From positions 613,908-677,907 of the forward strand of contig CAWFGE010000023.1 of the NCBI GenBank assembly GCA_963815195.1: a stretch of 64,000 bases of DNA, read 5' to 3'. Numbering within the stretch: the first letter of the stretch is position 1; the number at the start of each line of letters is the position of its first letter. Both the position numbers and the translations under genes were made by a program. Positions 20,599 to 29,536 of the stretch are shown here, in pieces. This stretch comes from an uncultured Planctomycetaceae bacterium. Lineage in GTDB: Bacteria; Planctomycetota; Planctomycetia; Planctomycetales; Planctomycetaceae. The notes beneath the pieces were generated by a model, which searched no databases, was not told the DNA's origin, and saw only the letters and a program-made list of their open reading frames with translations.

Positions 20599-21915
20599 CT
20601 ACATCCGCAGAGTCCACATTGCATAAGCCAGCGAAGGCGAGGCGCCCGGCGTACAGCCCTTCAGGTAAGCTCCGGGCCAGAGATAGGCATAGCCGCCCAT
20701 GAACTCCAGATGGTTTGACAGGTGAAATGTGACGCGGGCGTCAATTTCTTCACCCACATGACTGGTCTCCGCGCCAGGGTCGCAGGCCAGCACGGCGCCA
20801 GAGAGCCCGTAAAGGCAGTCTTTCGAACTGGCCAGCCAGAAAGAGCGGAACCGGCCCTCGAGATCCCATCGCCGCCCCGGGTGGAGCGTCATGCCGAGGA
20901 TCGGCTCATGGATGTTGCGCCAGGCAATCGAGTCGGCGGTGGCCCATTTGTGCGTCGGGTACATCTGCTGGAAGGTGTTGTTGGAGCCGTCGCCCGGGTC
21001 GTCGTCGCCGGAGGCATAGCTGTACTCGACGAAAAGCCGGGGGGAAACGTCGCTGGGCCGGAAGTGGTAGCCGAGTTCCCAGTGCCCGCCCCAGGCGTTG
21101 AGCGAATCGTCCCGCACCTCGCCTCGCTGAATGGCGACTTCCATCTCTCCGTCCAAGTGCCGAGAAAAACGGTCCGCGGCCCGGCCGCCAAAGGTTTGAA
21201 ACCTCTCGCGGGTGGAGTCGTTGTCAGCCCCGAGGACGTATCCGTCGACGAGATTCAAATGCGGCACACGGCGCCAGGTCGAGTAAAATCCCCAAAGCTT
21301 GCTGTCGGTGCTGAAGCGGTCCATCTCGCCACCGGCCGGGCGCACCTTCGTGCTGGCGAAGCCGTCGAGCGTCATCCCATTGGTTCGGTAGGAAAGCCGC
21401 AACGCGTCAAATGCCGTCCCAACATTGCCCCAGTTGCTGGTGCTGAGCAGACGGCTGGAGCCGAACTTCAAAATCTGCCGGCCGGCCTGAAACTGCCAGC
21501 CGCGGCCGTCCGATCCCAGATCGACATGGGCCAGACGCAGCTCCGCCGTGTTGCGAACCGAAACCGGTGTGGGCTGAATATCCCATCCGGGCGCCCGGGA
21601 GTCCTGCAACTGGGCCGAGACCCGCAACCAAGGCTTCACCCGCACACTGGCGTCGAGGCGAAGGCGATGAAGGTAGTAGAGATGCCCGGAATCGGCCGCG
21701 TACCGTGTGTTGGACGGGCGTTCCAGCCGGCCCCGGTATTCAAGACCAAGGCTCAGCCTTGACGGGAGACTATTGTCCTTGGCCTCCGACACCCGCTTCA
21801 GCAGGCCCGGATCCCCGGCGTCTTGCGAGATCTCTTCGGGGCGCGCGGGACCCCCCCACCCAGCGGCGAGCAGCAGTGTGGCGAGAATAACGAATTGGGA
21901 GCCCCTGATTCCCAA
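20599..21915 (-). CDS. Alginate export (AlgE-like) family outer-membrane beta-barrel
   Basis: Signal peptide, QLQDSR, AGRQIL.FG, NWGNVGTAFDA, YASGDD, GEEID, amphipathic C-terminal strand. Confidence 0.8.
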   Translation of the reverse strand: MGIRGSQFVILATLLLAAGWGGPARPEEISQDAGDPGLLKRVSEAKDNSLPSRLSLGLEYRGRLERPSNTRYAADSGHLYYLHRLRLDASVRVKPWLRVSAQLQDSRAPGWDIQPTPVSVRNTAELRLAHVDLGSDGRGWQFQAGRQILKFGSSRLLSTSNWGNVGTAFDALRLSYRTNGMTLDGFASTKVRPAGGEMDRFSTDSKLWGFYSTWRRVPHLNLVDGYVLGADNDSTRERFQTFGGRAADRFSRHLDGEMEVAIQRGEVRDDSLNAWGGHWELGYHFRPSDVSPRLFVEYSYASGDDDPGDGSNNTFQQMYPTHKWATADSIAWRNIHEPILGMTLHPGRRWDLEGRFRSFWLASSKDCLYGLSGAVLACDPGAETSHVGEEIDARVTFHLSNHLEFMGGYAYLWPGAYLKGCTPGASPSLAYAMWTLRM

Positions 21916-21985
21916 CTTCGATTATCGCACAATTACCCGTTTCAGGCCTGTAGGTCCTAAGTGCAGCAGGCGCCTCGCGGGGGCG

Positions 21986-22576
21986 CTACTTGCGGCGGAA
22001 TATGCGGGACTGAATATCCGGCCAGAACTCGTCGAAGGTATTGCCGCCCATTTTCCCCAGGACTCCCCAGAGAACGCGCAATCCCGCGTCGCCCGCGCTG
22101 CTTTCGCTTTCGACCCGCCAGGTATTCGCAAGGAAGTTGTTCCCCACGTTCCCGGCCAGGCGCGCATAGGCAAATTTCAGGGAGCCCCCGGGCCGCTTGG
22201 TGTAGAAGGAGTATTTGATGGAGTGCTTCACCCGGTTCCAGACCCCGGGTTCTGTGCTTCTGAAGTACCGAGGGTCTTCGCCCCAGGCGGCGCCGAGGGT
22301 AGCCTCGATCGCATTGCCGGTCGAGACGCCGGTGAGGCGCATTCCAAAGCGCTTGCCGAAGCCTTCCCAGGTCCGGTTGTATTCCTCTGGAAGATTCCAG
22401 GCGGTGCCCCAACTTGCACTCAGCACACCGGCCGCCAGACTGCGCGGACCCACCGTCGAGTTAACGAACCAAGTGGCCCGGCCTTTGGCGGTGATGGGGT
22501 CGTAGGTCAGGTCGACAGGCTGGCCATGAACCACGCCCAGACACAGGAACGCCAAAACAATACAGCGAATCTTCAT
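21986..22576 (-). CDS. Secreted/membrane hypothetical protein
   Basis: Signal MKIRCIVLAFLCLG; motifs PEEY…W.GFGKR, GEDPRYFRS, EFWPDI of a type common in Acidobacteria. Confidence 0.75.
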   Translation of the reverse strand: MKIRCIVLAFLCLGVVHGQPVDLTYDPITAKGRATWFVNSTVGPRSLAAGVLSASWGTAWNLPEEYNRTWEGFGKRFGMRLTGVSTGNAIEATLGAAWGEDPRYFRSTEPGVWNRVKHSIKYSFYTKRPGGSLKFAYARLAGNVGNNFLANTWRVESESSAGDAGLRVLWGVLGKMGGNTFDEFWPDIQSRIFRRK

Positions 22577-22599
22577 CGCTTTCCCTCGCCTCAATGAAA

Positions 22600-23817
22600 T
22601 TATAGCGGCAGAATTACTTCGCGGACCGGGTCGAAATCCAGACGCCGCTTCTCCACGTAGGAAATATTGCCCAGGTGCGACGCCTGCGCCGAGCGGTGGC
22701 CAATCAGCACGTCGCCGTTCGGGCGCTGTCTGGTGACGACGCAATCGAGGAAGTTCTTCACGTGTTCAATCGTGAAATCGCCGTCATACTCCGGCACAAC
22801 CGTGACCGGTTTAGCGCTCCTGCCAACCGGCGTGAAGACATACCGTTCCCGATCAATCCAGAGACTGCCTTCGGTGCCGATGAACTCCTCAGCCGCGCCG
22901 CTCGTACCGGGCGCCAGGGTCGCTTCGAAGGTCGCCGTGAATTCGCTCGGGTACTCCAGCAGCACGTTGATCGTGTCGGGGGCCGTGCGACCGTCCTTGT
23001 AATAGTAGACCCCGCCCGCGGCCACGCCCGATTTCGGAATTTCCTTCTCCATGAACATGTGGACGACGTCGATCCAGTGAGTGAAGAGATCCGTCACCTG
23101 ACCGCCGCCGAAATCGAGGTAAGCGCGCCAGTTCCAATATTGCTGTGGATCGTAATCGCGCCAGCGGACCGGGCCGAGGAACCGGGCCCAGTCAAGGTTC
23201 GAAGGCTGCTTCTGCAAATAGTCCGGCGCCGTGCGGACGTGGTAGGTATTCCCGTGCCACCAGGTGCGGGCGAGCGTCACCTTACCCAGCCGTCCGGTGT
23301 CCATGTACTTTTGCTTGGCCTCAATGTAGTGGGGTCCGGAGCGCTGCTGCATCCCAACCTGGCAGACGCGGTTATTGACCCGGGCTGCCTTCACAATTTC
23401 CGGGCCTTCCTCAATCTTGAGCGTGAGCGGCTTCTCGACGTATACGTCCTTGCCGGCGTTCAGCGCATCGATCGCGGTGCGGGCGTGCCAATGGTCCGGC
23501 GTGGCGATAAGGACAACGTCGAGATCCTGGTAGGCGAGTAAATCGGGATGTTCGTGAAATGTCTTCGCTCCAGGGGCTTGCGAAAGAGCTTCGTCCAACT
23601 GCATCGCGTAGATGTCACATAGCGCGGTGACCCGGACCCGCTCCGTCTTCTGGAAAAGACCCATCACATGGCGGCCGCGTACTCCCGGCCCGATCACCCC
23701 GAGCGCCAGCTTATCGTTCGCCCCGATCACCCGGGAGTAAGAGGCAGCCGTGAGCGCCGCGGCGCTGCCGCCTGCGCCGCGGAGGAAATCCCGCCTGGCA
23801 AATTTATTGAGACCCAT
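22600..23817 (-). CDS. Tat-exported Gfo/Idh/MocA oxidoreductase
   Basis: ARRDFL Tat signal, IGPGVRG, IATPDHWH, GKDVYVEKP, QVGMQQRS. Confidence 0.95.
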   Translation of the reverse strand: MGLNKFARRDFLRGAGGSAAALTAASYSRVIGANDKLALGVIGPGVRGRHVMGLFQKTERVRVTALCDIYAMQLDEALSQAPGAKTFHEHPDLLAYQDLDVVLIATPDHWHARTAIDALNAGKDVYVEKPLTLKIEEGPEIVKAARVNNRVCQVGMQQRSGPHYIEAKQKYMDTGRLGKVTLARTWWHGNTYHVRTAPDYLQKQPSNLDWARFLGPVRWRDYDPQQYWNWRAYLDFGGGQVTDLFTHWIDVVHMFMEKEIPKSGVAAGGVYYYKDGRTAPDTINVLLEYPSEFTATFEATLAPGTSGAAEEFIGTEGSLWIDRERYVFTPVGRSAKPVTVVPEYDGDFTIEHVKNFLDCVVTRQRPNGDVLIGHRSAQASHLGNISYVEKRRLDFDPVREVILPL

Positions 23818-23855
23818 GTGCGAATTATACAATCCCGTGGCCACTTGGTATCAAA

Positions 23856-24219
23856 GTGTTCATCCCACTCACATTCGCTCTGGTGTTGCTGGCTGTATTT
23901 CCAGTGTTCGGACAAGAGGCTGGCCCGGCCCCGGACCCCTCCGACGCCAAGCTTGCCCGGGAAGTGCGCGAGCGCTTCGCGCATTCCAAAATCGCCGCCA
24001 ACGGCTTTACCGTGACCGTTCAAAATGGGCGTCGCCATACTCGAGGGCCGGACCGGCGTCGTCCAACACAAAGGAACCGCCACGCGCTTGGCGAAACTCG
24101 CCGGAGCCACCCGCGTCGACAACCGCATCAAGATTACGGAAGAGGCCCGGCAGGAGGCGGCCCGCAAGCGCCGGGGCAAGCCGCGGCGCGTCAAAGTCCA
24201 GCGCGGCCAGCCCCGCTAG
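23856..24219 (+). CDS. BON-domain periplasmic protein (frameshift near 24028)
   Basis: Signal peptide, SDAKLAREVRERF…FTVTVQNG, then (ORF 24025) VAILEG…AGATRVDNRIKI. Confidence 0.8.
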
Positions 24220-24296
24220 CCAGAAACCAGAAAAAGGGTAAATTTGTTACCGTCCCCTTTTCTGGGCGAAACTTGGGGGTGGTGGGATATTTCGGA

Positions 24297-25565
24297 ATGC
24301 GAAAACTTATTGTGCTGCTTCTTTGTGTGGTGGCGGCCGGCGCCGGCGCTGTGAGTCCGGAGACCGTTGTGGCCACCGTGAACGGAGAGAAGCTTACCGC
24401 GGGCGGCGTCGACTCCATTCTGGCTGGCGTGCCTCCGGAGATGCGGGAGAAGCTTCAGGCCGATCCCAGGCAGTTCGTACAGCAGTACGCTTTGGTGAGC
24501 TACCTGGCTCACGAAGGCGAAGAGAACCAGCTCGACGAGAAGGAGCCGTACCGCGGGCAACTCGAATGGAACCAGATGCAGGTGTTGCTTCAGGCCGCCA
24601 TCGCCGACCGTCACGCCAGCCTCCGCGAGGAGGGACTCAAAGAGGCGGATCTCGAAGCGGCCATGCAGAAATGGCTCGACGGCGTCCGCGAGAGCGTCCA
24701 GGTGTCGTTCGAGAACGAAGCGTTCTTCTCCGGGAACCCCGAGGAGGCCGGCACGGTCGATCTGGACACCGTAGTCGTCAAGCTAAATGGCCAGTCGGTC
24801 ACCGCCGGCGAGATCAGAAGCGCGGTGGCGGGGGCGTCGCCGCAGGTTCGCGAGAATTTCAGGAAAGACGCTAAGCAGTTTGTTGGCGAGTACGGGTTGA
24901 TGCTACGGCTGATCGAGTATGCCCGGGAGCGTCAGTTGGAAAGCAAGAGCCCGTATAAAGAGCAACTCGCCTGGGTGCGGATGAACATCCTTTCCCAGGC
25001 TCGGCTGAATCAGGCGACCAACTCCGTCACCGTGACCAGGCAGGATGAGCGGGATTACTACGATGCTCACCTGGACGACTACACGAAGGCCAAAGTGAAG
25101 GTCTTGTACGTCTCTTTTGGGTCGGGCGACAGCGTGGGCAAGGAATTCGCCGGCAAGAAGGTGCTTAGCGAGGAAGAGGCGAAGGCCAAAATCGATTCCA
25201 TTCGCGTGCAAGCCGCCGGGGACGCGGACTTCGCCGCACTCGTGAAGGAGTACTCCGACGACGAGACATCCAAGGCAAAAGGCGGTGATTTCGGCTCGAT
25301 CGGCAAGAGCGACAAGATCCCCGAGCATATCAAGGACGCCGTCTTCGCACTGAAGGCGGGTGAAGTGAGCGAGCCGATTCGCCAGCCGAACGGTTTCTAT
25401 CTGTTTCGGGTCGAGGAGACGGGAACGCTGCCCTTCGACGATGTCCGGAGAGAAATGAAGCAGAAGGTGCGAAACGCCAAGTTCGAAGAGTGGTTCGAAT
25501 CGGTTCGCCAATCCATGAAGGTCACCTTTGAGAACGAAGAGTACTTCGATGGAGCCGCAAAATAG
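24297..25565 (+). CDS. Periplasmic PpiC/parvulin-type peptidyl-prolyl isomerase (SurA/PrsA-like)
   Basis: Signal MRKLIVLLL; two VVATVNG/VVVKLNG chaperone repeats; DFAALVKEYSDD…KGGDFG…GEVSEPI…GFYLFRV. Confidence 0.9.
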   Translation: MRKLIVLLLCVVAAGAGAVSPETVVATVNGEKLTAGGVDSILAGVPPEMREKLQADPRQFVQQYALVSYLAHEGEENQLDEKEPYRGQLEWNQMQVLLQAAIADRHASLREEGLKEADLEAAMQKWLDGVRESVQVSFENEAFFSGNPEEAGTVDLDTVVVKLNGQSVTAGEIRSAVAGASPQVRENFRKDAKQFVGEYGLMLRLIEYARERQLESKSPYKEQLAWVRMNILSQARLNQATNSVTVTRQDERDYYDAHLDDYTKAKVKVLYVSFGSGDSVGKEFAGKKVLSEEEAKAKIDSIRVQAAGDADFAALVKEYSDDETSKAKGGDFGSIGKSDKIPEHIKDAVFALKAGEVSEPIRQPNGFYLFRVEETGTLPFDDVRREMKQKVRNAKFEEWFESVRQSMKVTFENEEYFDGAAK

Positions 25566-26093
25566 CTGTCCGGAGTTGCCTGGGTTTCAAGGGCGGCCGA
25601 TCACAATTCGCGCCGAAGCGGACTTGCGGGTCTATCGGGGCCGGTTGCGCACCTCGGGCGCCGATGGCGTAGCGGTTTATGGCGCCTCCAGCATCCGCGG
25701 CCGTCTGATTCTGCTGGAGCGCGGCTTGGTGAGGAAACCCAGGGAGCTGGAACGTATCTTCGTGCATGAGGTATTCCACTTCGTTTGGCGCGCTTGTCGA
25801 ATCAACGAAGACGCGCGTACGAGGATTTGATCAACGCCGAGTGCGAACGTGGCGCCCGGGGCGAGCTCGGCTGGCCGGCGGAATTACGAAAAGCCTCCTT
25901 GTCGGACAGCGACCGGCTAAGACGCAGCCGGCGGTGGCGGGAATACATCTGTGAAAGCTTCTGCGATACGGCCGCATGGTGGTTTTCGCGAGCCGCCGAT
26001 CATCCGGAGTGGACCCTGGCCCGGCGATACCGGCAAGGCCGCCGCCGGTGGTTCGCGGAGTTCATAAATTCCGGCCGGCGAATCGCCGTATAG
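25549..26093 (+). CDS. Hypothetical protein with HExxH zincin-like motif (frameshift near 25790)
   Basis: RIFVHEVFHFVW joined to …REYICESFCD… in ORF 25785-26093. Confidence 0.65.
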
Positions 26094-26117
26094 TAAGATA
26101 GCTTTAGGAGAACCCTC

Positions 26118-26720
26118 TTGAATCAAAGCTTTCCGCGATCTTTTTGCGTTGCCGTGGCCATGGCGCTGCTGGTGCTGGCCGGTTGCTCCGGCGGGAGTTC
26201 CGCCGCTCCCGAGAACATCTCAGTGAAGCCCGCCACGGACCGGAAGCAGGCGCCCGATTTTGAATTGAAGGATATCAATGGGAAGTCCGTGAAGCTTTCC
26301 GACTATCAGGGCCAGGTCGTGCTGCTCAACTTCTGGGCCACCTGGTGCGGCCCCTGCAAGCTGGAGATTCCCTGGTTCGTCGAGTTTGAGAAGAAAAACA
26401 AGGACCGGGGATTCTCGGTGATCGGCGTCTCGATGGACGAGGACGGCTGGGCGACCGTGAAGCCATTCCTCGAATGGGCTCGCGTCAACTACCGGGTGCT
26501 GATGGGGGACGACAGGGTGGCTATGCTTTACGGCGGCGTGGATTCTCTGCCCACGACGTTCCTGATCGACCGGGACGGAAACATCGCGTCCATCCACGTC
26601 GGTCTGGTCAGCAAGGGAGACTATGAGAGTGATATCGAGACGCTTCTTTCTCAGCCGGCGGGCTCTAATGCCGCTTCTGCTGCCAGTGATGGCGCTGCCG
26701 CTATCGCCCGCGCCAGGTAA
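26118..26720 (+). CDS. TlpA/ResA-family thiol-disulfide oxidoreductase (lipoprotein)
   Basis: Lipobox LAGC; LLNFWATWCGPC; LPTTFLIDRDG. Confidence 0.93.
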   Translation: MNQSFPRSFCVAVAMALLVLAGCSGGSSAAPENISVKPATDRKQAPDFELKDINGKSVKLSDYQGQVVLLNFWATWCGPCKLEIPWFVEFEKKNKDRGFSVIGVSMDEDGWATVKPFLEWARVNYRVLMGDDRVAMLYGGVDSLPTTFLIDRDGNIASIHVGLVSKGDYESDIETLLSQPAGSNAASAASDGAAAIARAR

Positions 26721-27119
26721 GGACGTTCTTTCCGTCAGCTCGCTCGCCGATTTCGTCACGGCGAAAGGACGGGCTTTCGACGTGCCACTCCGCGCGAAAA
26801 TCCAGCCCGGCTACCACGTCAACAGTCACCAGCCCACCGATGAGTACATCATCCCGCTCAAGCTGACCTGGACGGCGGAGCCATTGGAGGTCGTGAAATA
26901 ATCTACCCCAAGCCGGAGATGGAGAACTATTCGTTTTCCTCCAGTCCGCTTTCCGTATTCACCGGTGATTTCGATATCGGAACGCACTTCCGTGTCCCGG
27001 ACCAGGCGCCGTCTGGGGAAATTACGATCAGCGGAAAACTGCGCTATCAAGCCTGTACCGACAAGCTCTGCTTGCCTCCGAAGACCGTTCCCGTCACGCT
27101 CACCGTCACCATTCAATGA
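26668..27119 (+). CDS. Stand-alone DsbD N-terminal (alpha)-like domain protein (frameshift near 26900)
   Basis: IQPGYHVNSH…IPLKL, then YPKP…GKLRYQACTDKLCLPP; joins ORFs 26623-26901 and 26919-27119. Confidence 0.8.
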
Positions 27120-27955
27120 AGCGGTTGCTGATCCGGCCCGGCGCGATCGGCGACGTCATTGTTTCCCTTCCGGCGCTCGAATCGCTATCACCGGCCGGGA
27201 CCGAAATCTGGGTTCCTCGCGCGACTGCCAGCCTGGTTCGCTTCGGCCCAACGGTCCGAGGCCTTGCAGGACATGGGGTTGGATTGGCTTGAGGTGCCGG
27301 GAACTGATGAGCCGCCGGCCTTGCTGCGGACGCTTCGAGGATTTGACTCCATCGTCTCCTGGTACGGATCGAACCGCGAGGGGTTCCGCGCCGCCGCGGA
27401 TCGACTGGGCTTCCGATCGAGTTCCTGCCGGCGCTGCCGGATCGAGCGGCCACGCACGCGGTCGATTTCTATATGTCGCAAGCTATCGCCTTGGGCGGCC
27501 GGGCCGTGGATCCTGTTCCGCGCATCCCCTGCGACGTTCTCCGCGGCGGCTATGCGGCGATCCATCCCTTTTCCGGCAGTGCGCGGAAGAATTGGCCACT
27601 GAAGAATTTCGAGGCCATAGCCCGGCTTCTGGAGCTGGAACTGCGTGTCGAATGGGCGGCGGGGCCTGAGGAGACACTCCCCCAGGCGCGCCGTTTTGAC
27701 GGCCTCGACGAACTCGCGGCGTGGCTTGCCGGAGCGCGGCTGTACATCGGGAACGATTCGGGCATTTCCCATCTGGCGGCCGCCGTGGGTACGCCGGCTG
27801 TCGTGCTTTTCGGACCTACCGACCCTCGGGTATGGGCGCCAAGGGGAAATGGCGTGCGAGTGATTGAAGGCCTCGACCACGACGCGGGAGACCGTCGCCC
27901 GCATCGCCCGTTCCACTATTCGACGGTGATAATTCTTCCGGCCCCCCCGGCTTGA
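27116..27955 (+). CDS. Glycosyltransferase family 9 (heptosyltransferase-like), frameshifted
   Basis: MKRLLIRPGAIGDVIVSLPAL from ATG 27116; AIHPFSGSARKNWP; YIGNDSGISHLAAAVGTP.VVLFGPT.P..WAP. End approximate. Confidence 0.85.
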
Positions 27956-28692
27956 TAGTCTGTGCCCCAGTATTTTCGAAACAGGCGCTTGGCCCGCTCC
28001 CCGGTGCAATGCATCGGAGCCACGGCGCGGACGTTCAACTTCTGAAGGCTCTTGATCTCCTGGAGCACCTCTTCCTCGCCGAGACGGATCATGTGAAAGC
28101 CGCCCAGCAAGAGTCGGATTGAATCCGCGCCGCGCTGCTCCTCCACCGCCTCGATGATCGGCGTCAGCCCAGGGTGGCCGCACCCCACCAAGACCACTGG
28201 TCCATCGGCAGTCTCGACGATGAGCGCCTGCTCCGGGATCCGTTCGCCAATCGTGCCGGTCGTGTAAAATCCCGGAGCGATCTCTCGCGGACCCTTCACC
28301 CGCTCGGGGGTGAAGCCAATCGCCATTGCCGTTTCGAAATCCCGGGCGGGGAAACTGTCGAGAAAGAAGGTCTTGATGCTGGGATTGCGGAGAACGGTGC
28401 GATAGATCCCGCCGATATGATCGGCGTGGTGGTGGGAAATGACGGCGTGGGTGATCGACTCCGGCTCGATGCCCAGCTTGCCAAGGTTCTCGAGCAGCAG
28501 TTTCGGATCGGTCCCGGAATCGAATAGAACGCGCGCATTGCGATTGGTCACGAGCGCCGCGAATCCCCAGTCTTCGCCAAATTGTCCGTTTGCCGTGGTG
28601 TTGTCGTAAGCGATCGCGATCTCGACTTCCGCCGCCCGCCCGGCCAAGCTCGAAAGCAACAACAGCGCGGCCGCTCCTGGAATTAAGCCCAT
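27916..28692 (-). CDS. Exported MBL-fold metallo-hydrolase (COG1237-like)
   Basis: YDN, WGFAALV, LFDSG, ISHHHADHIGG, GCGHPG, GGFH, PMHCTG. Confidence 0.85.
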   Translation of the reverse strand: MGLIPGAAALLLLSSLAGRAAEVEIAIAYDNTTANGQFGEDWGFAALVTNRNARVLFDSGTDPKLLLENLGKLGIEPESITHAVISHHHADHIGGIYRTVLRNPSIKTFFLDSFPARDFETAMAIGFTPERVKGPREIAPGFYTTGTIGERIPEQALIVETADGPVVLVGCGHPGLTPIIEAVEEQRGADSIRLLLGGFHMIRLGEEEVLQEIKSLQKLNVRAVAPMHCTGERAKRLFRKYWGTDYQAGGAGRIITVE

Positions 28693-28786
28693 CACCAACT
28701 GCAATGTATCACCAACGGCGAGGCGAAAGCACTTGACGCGAAGCCAAATCTGTAGCAGAGTACCTGAAGCGGAAGGCGGAGGAGCC

Positions 28787-29536
28787 ATGCAACCATCGAC
28801 TACCACGACGCCCGGGAAGCCCGGCGGCGACATGAGCGAGCTGGGCTGTATCACGGGTATCTTCTGGGAGCCCAAGCCGGTCTACGAGAACCTCGCGGCG
28901 AGGCCTCGTTGGTGGGTCCCGGTCATCCTTTTGACACTCTTGTCGATCCTGTTTGTGTTTGCCTTCTCTCAAATCGTGGGCTGGGATACCCTCATGGTGC
29001 AGGAGATGGCCAAGAACTCCCGGCTTCAGGATATGCCGGAGACCCAGCGGCAGCAGATCGTGGAACAGCAAAGCAAATTCGTCGGCATTATCGTTTACCT
29101 CAGTGCGTTTTTCGGGACTGCCATTGTGCTCCTGATCGTCGCCGGCGCCTTGCTGTTCGTCTTCAAGACCGCGAGCGGAGGGGAGATGACGTTCCGGCGG
29201 ACGCTCTCGATTGTCAGCTATTCCTGGCTGCCGTTCGGCCTTTACCAGGTGCTCGCGTTCGTCGCCCTCTATTTCACCAACCCGGCGGACTTCGATATCA
29301 ACAATCCGCTTCCCTTCAACCTCGGTTGGTTTTTCGATCCGGCATCGAGCCCCGCGTGGTTGATCGCGCTGTTAAGTTCCGTGGATCTTTTCTCCTTCTG
29401 GGTAATGGCTCTCATGGCGCTCGGCTTCTCCGTCGCTGTGAAGAGGATGCGATTTGGAAGGGCGTTCTCAATGGTCTTCGGAGTCTGGTTTGTTTTCGTC
29501 CTGCTGAAGACCGGCTGGAGAGCGCTGGTCGGCTAG
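28787..29536 (+). CDS. Yip1-family membrane protein
   Basis: GGAG SD; IFWEPKPVYENLAARP.WW and five hydrophobic segments. Confidence 0.8.
   Translation: MQPSTTTTPGKPGGDMSELGCITGIFWEPKPVYENLAARPRWWVPVILLTLLSILFVFAFSQIVGWDTLMVQEMAKNSRLQDMPETQRQQIVEQQSKFVGIIVYLSAFFGTAIVLLIVAGALLFVFKTASGGEMTFRRTLSIVSYSWLPFGLYQVLAFVALYFTNPADFDINNPLPFNLGWFFDPASSPAWLIALLSSVDLFSFWVMALMALGFSVAVKRMRFGRAFSMVFGVWFVFVLLKTGWRALVG

Noticed and set aside
23856..25565. Apparent 569-aa BON-parvulin fusion
   Set aside because: Produced by an indel near 24028; the BON gene ends at 24219 and the PPIase has its own signal peptide at 24297.
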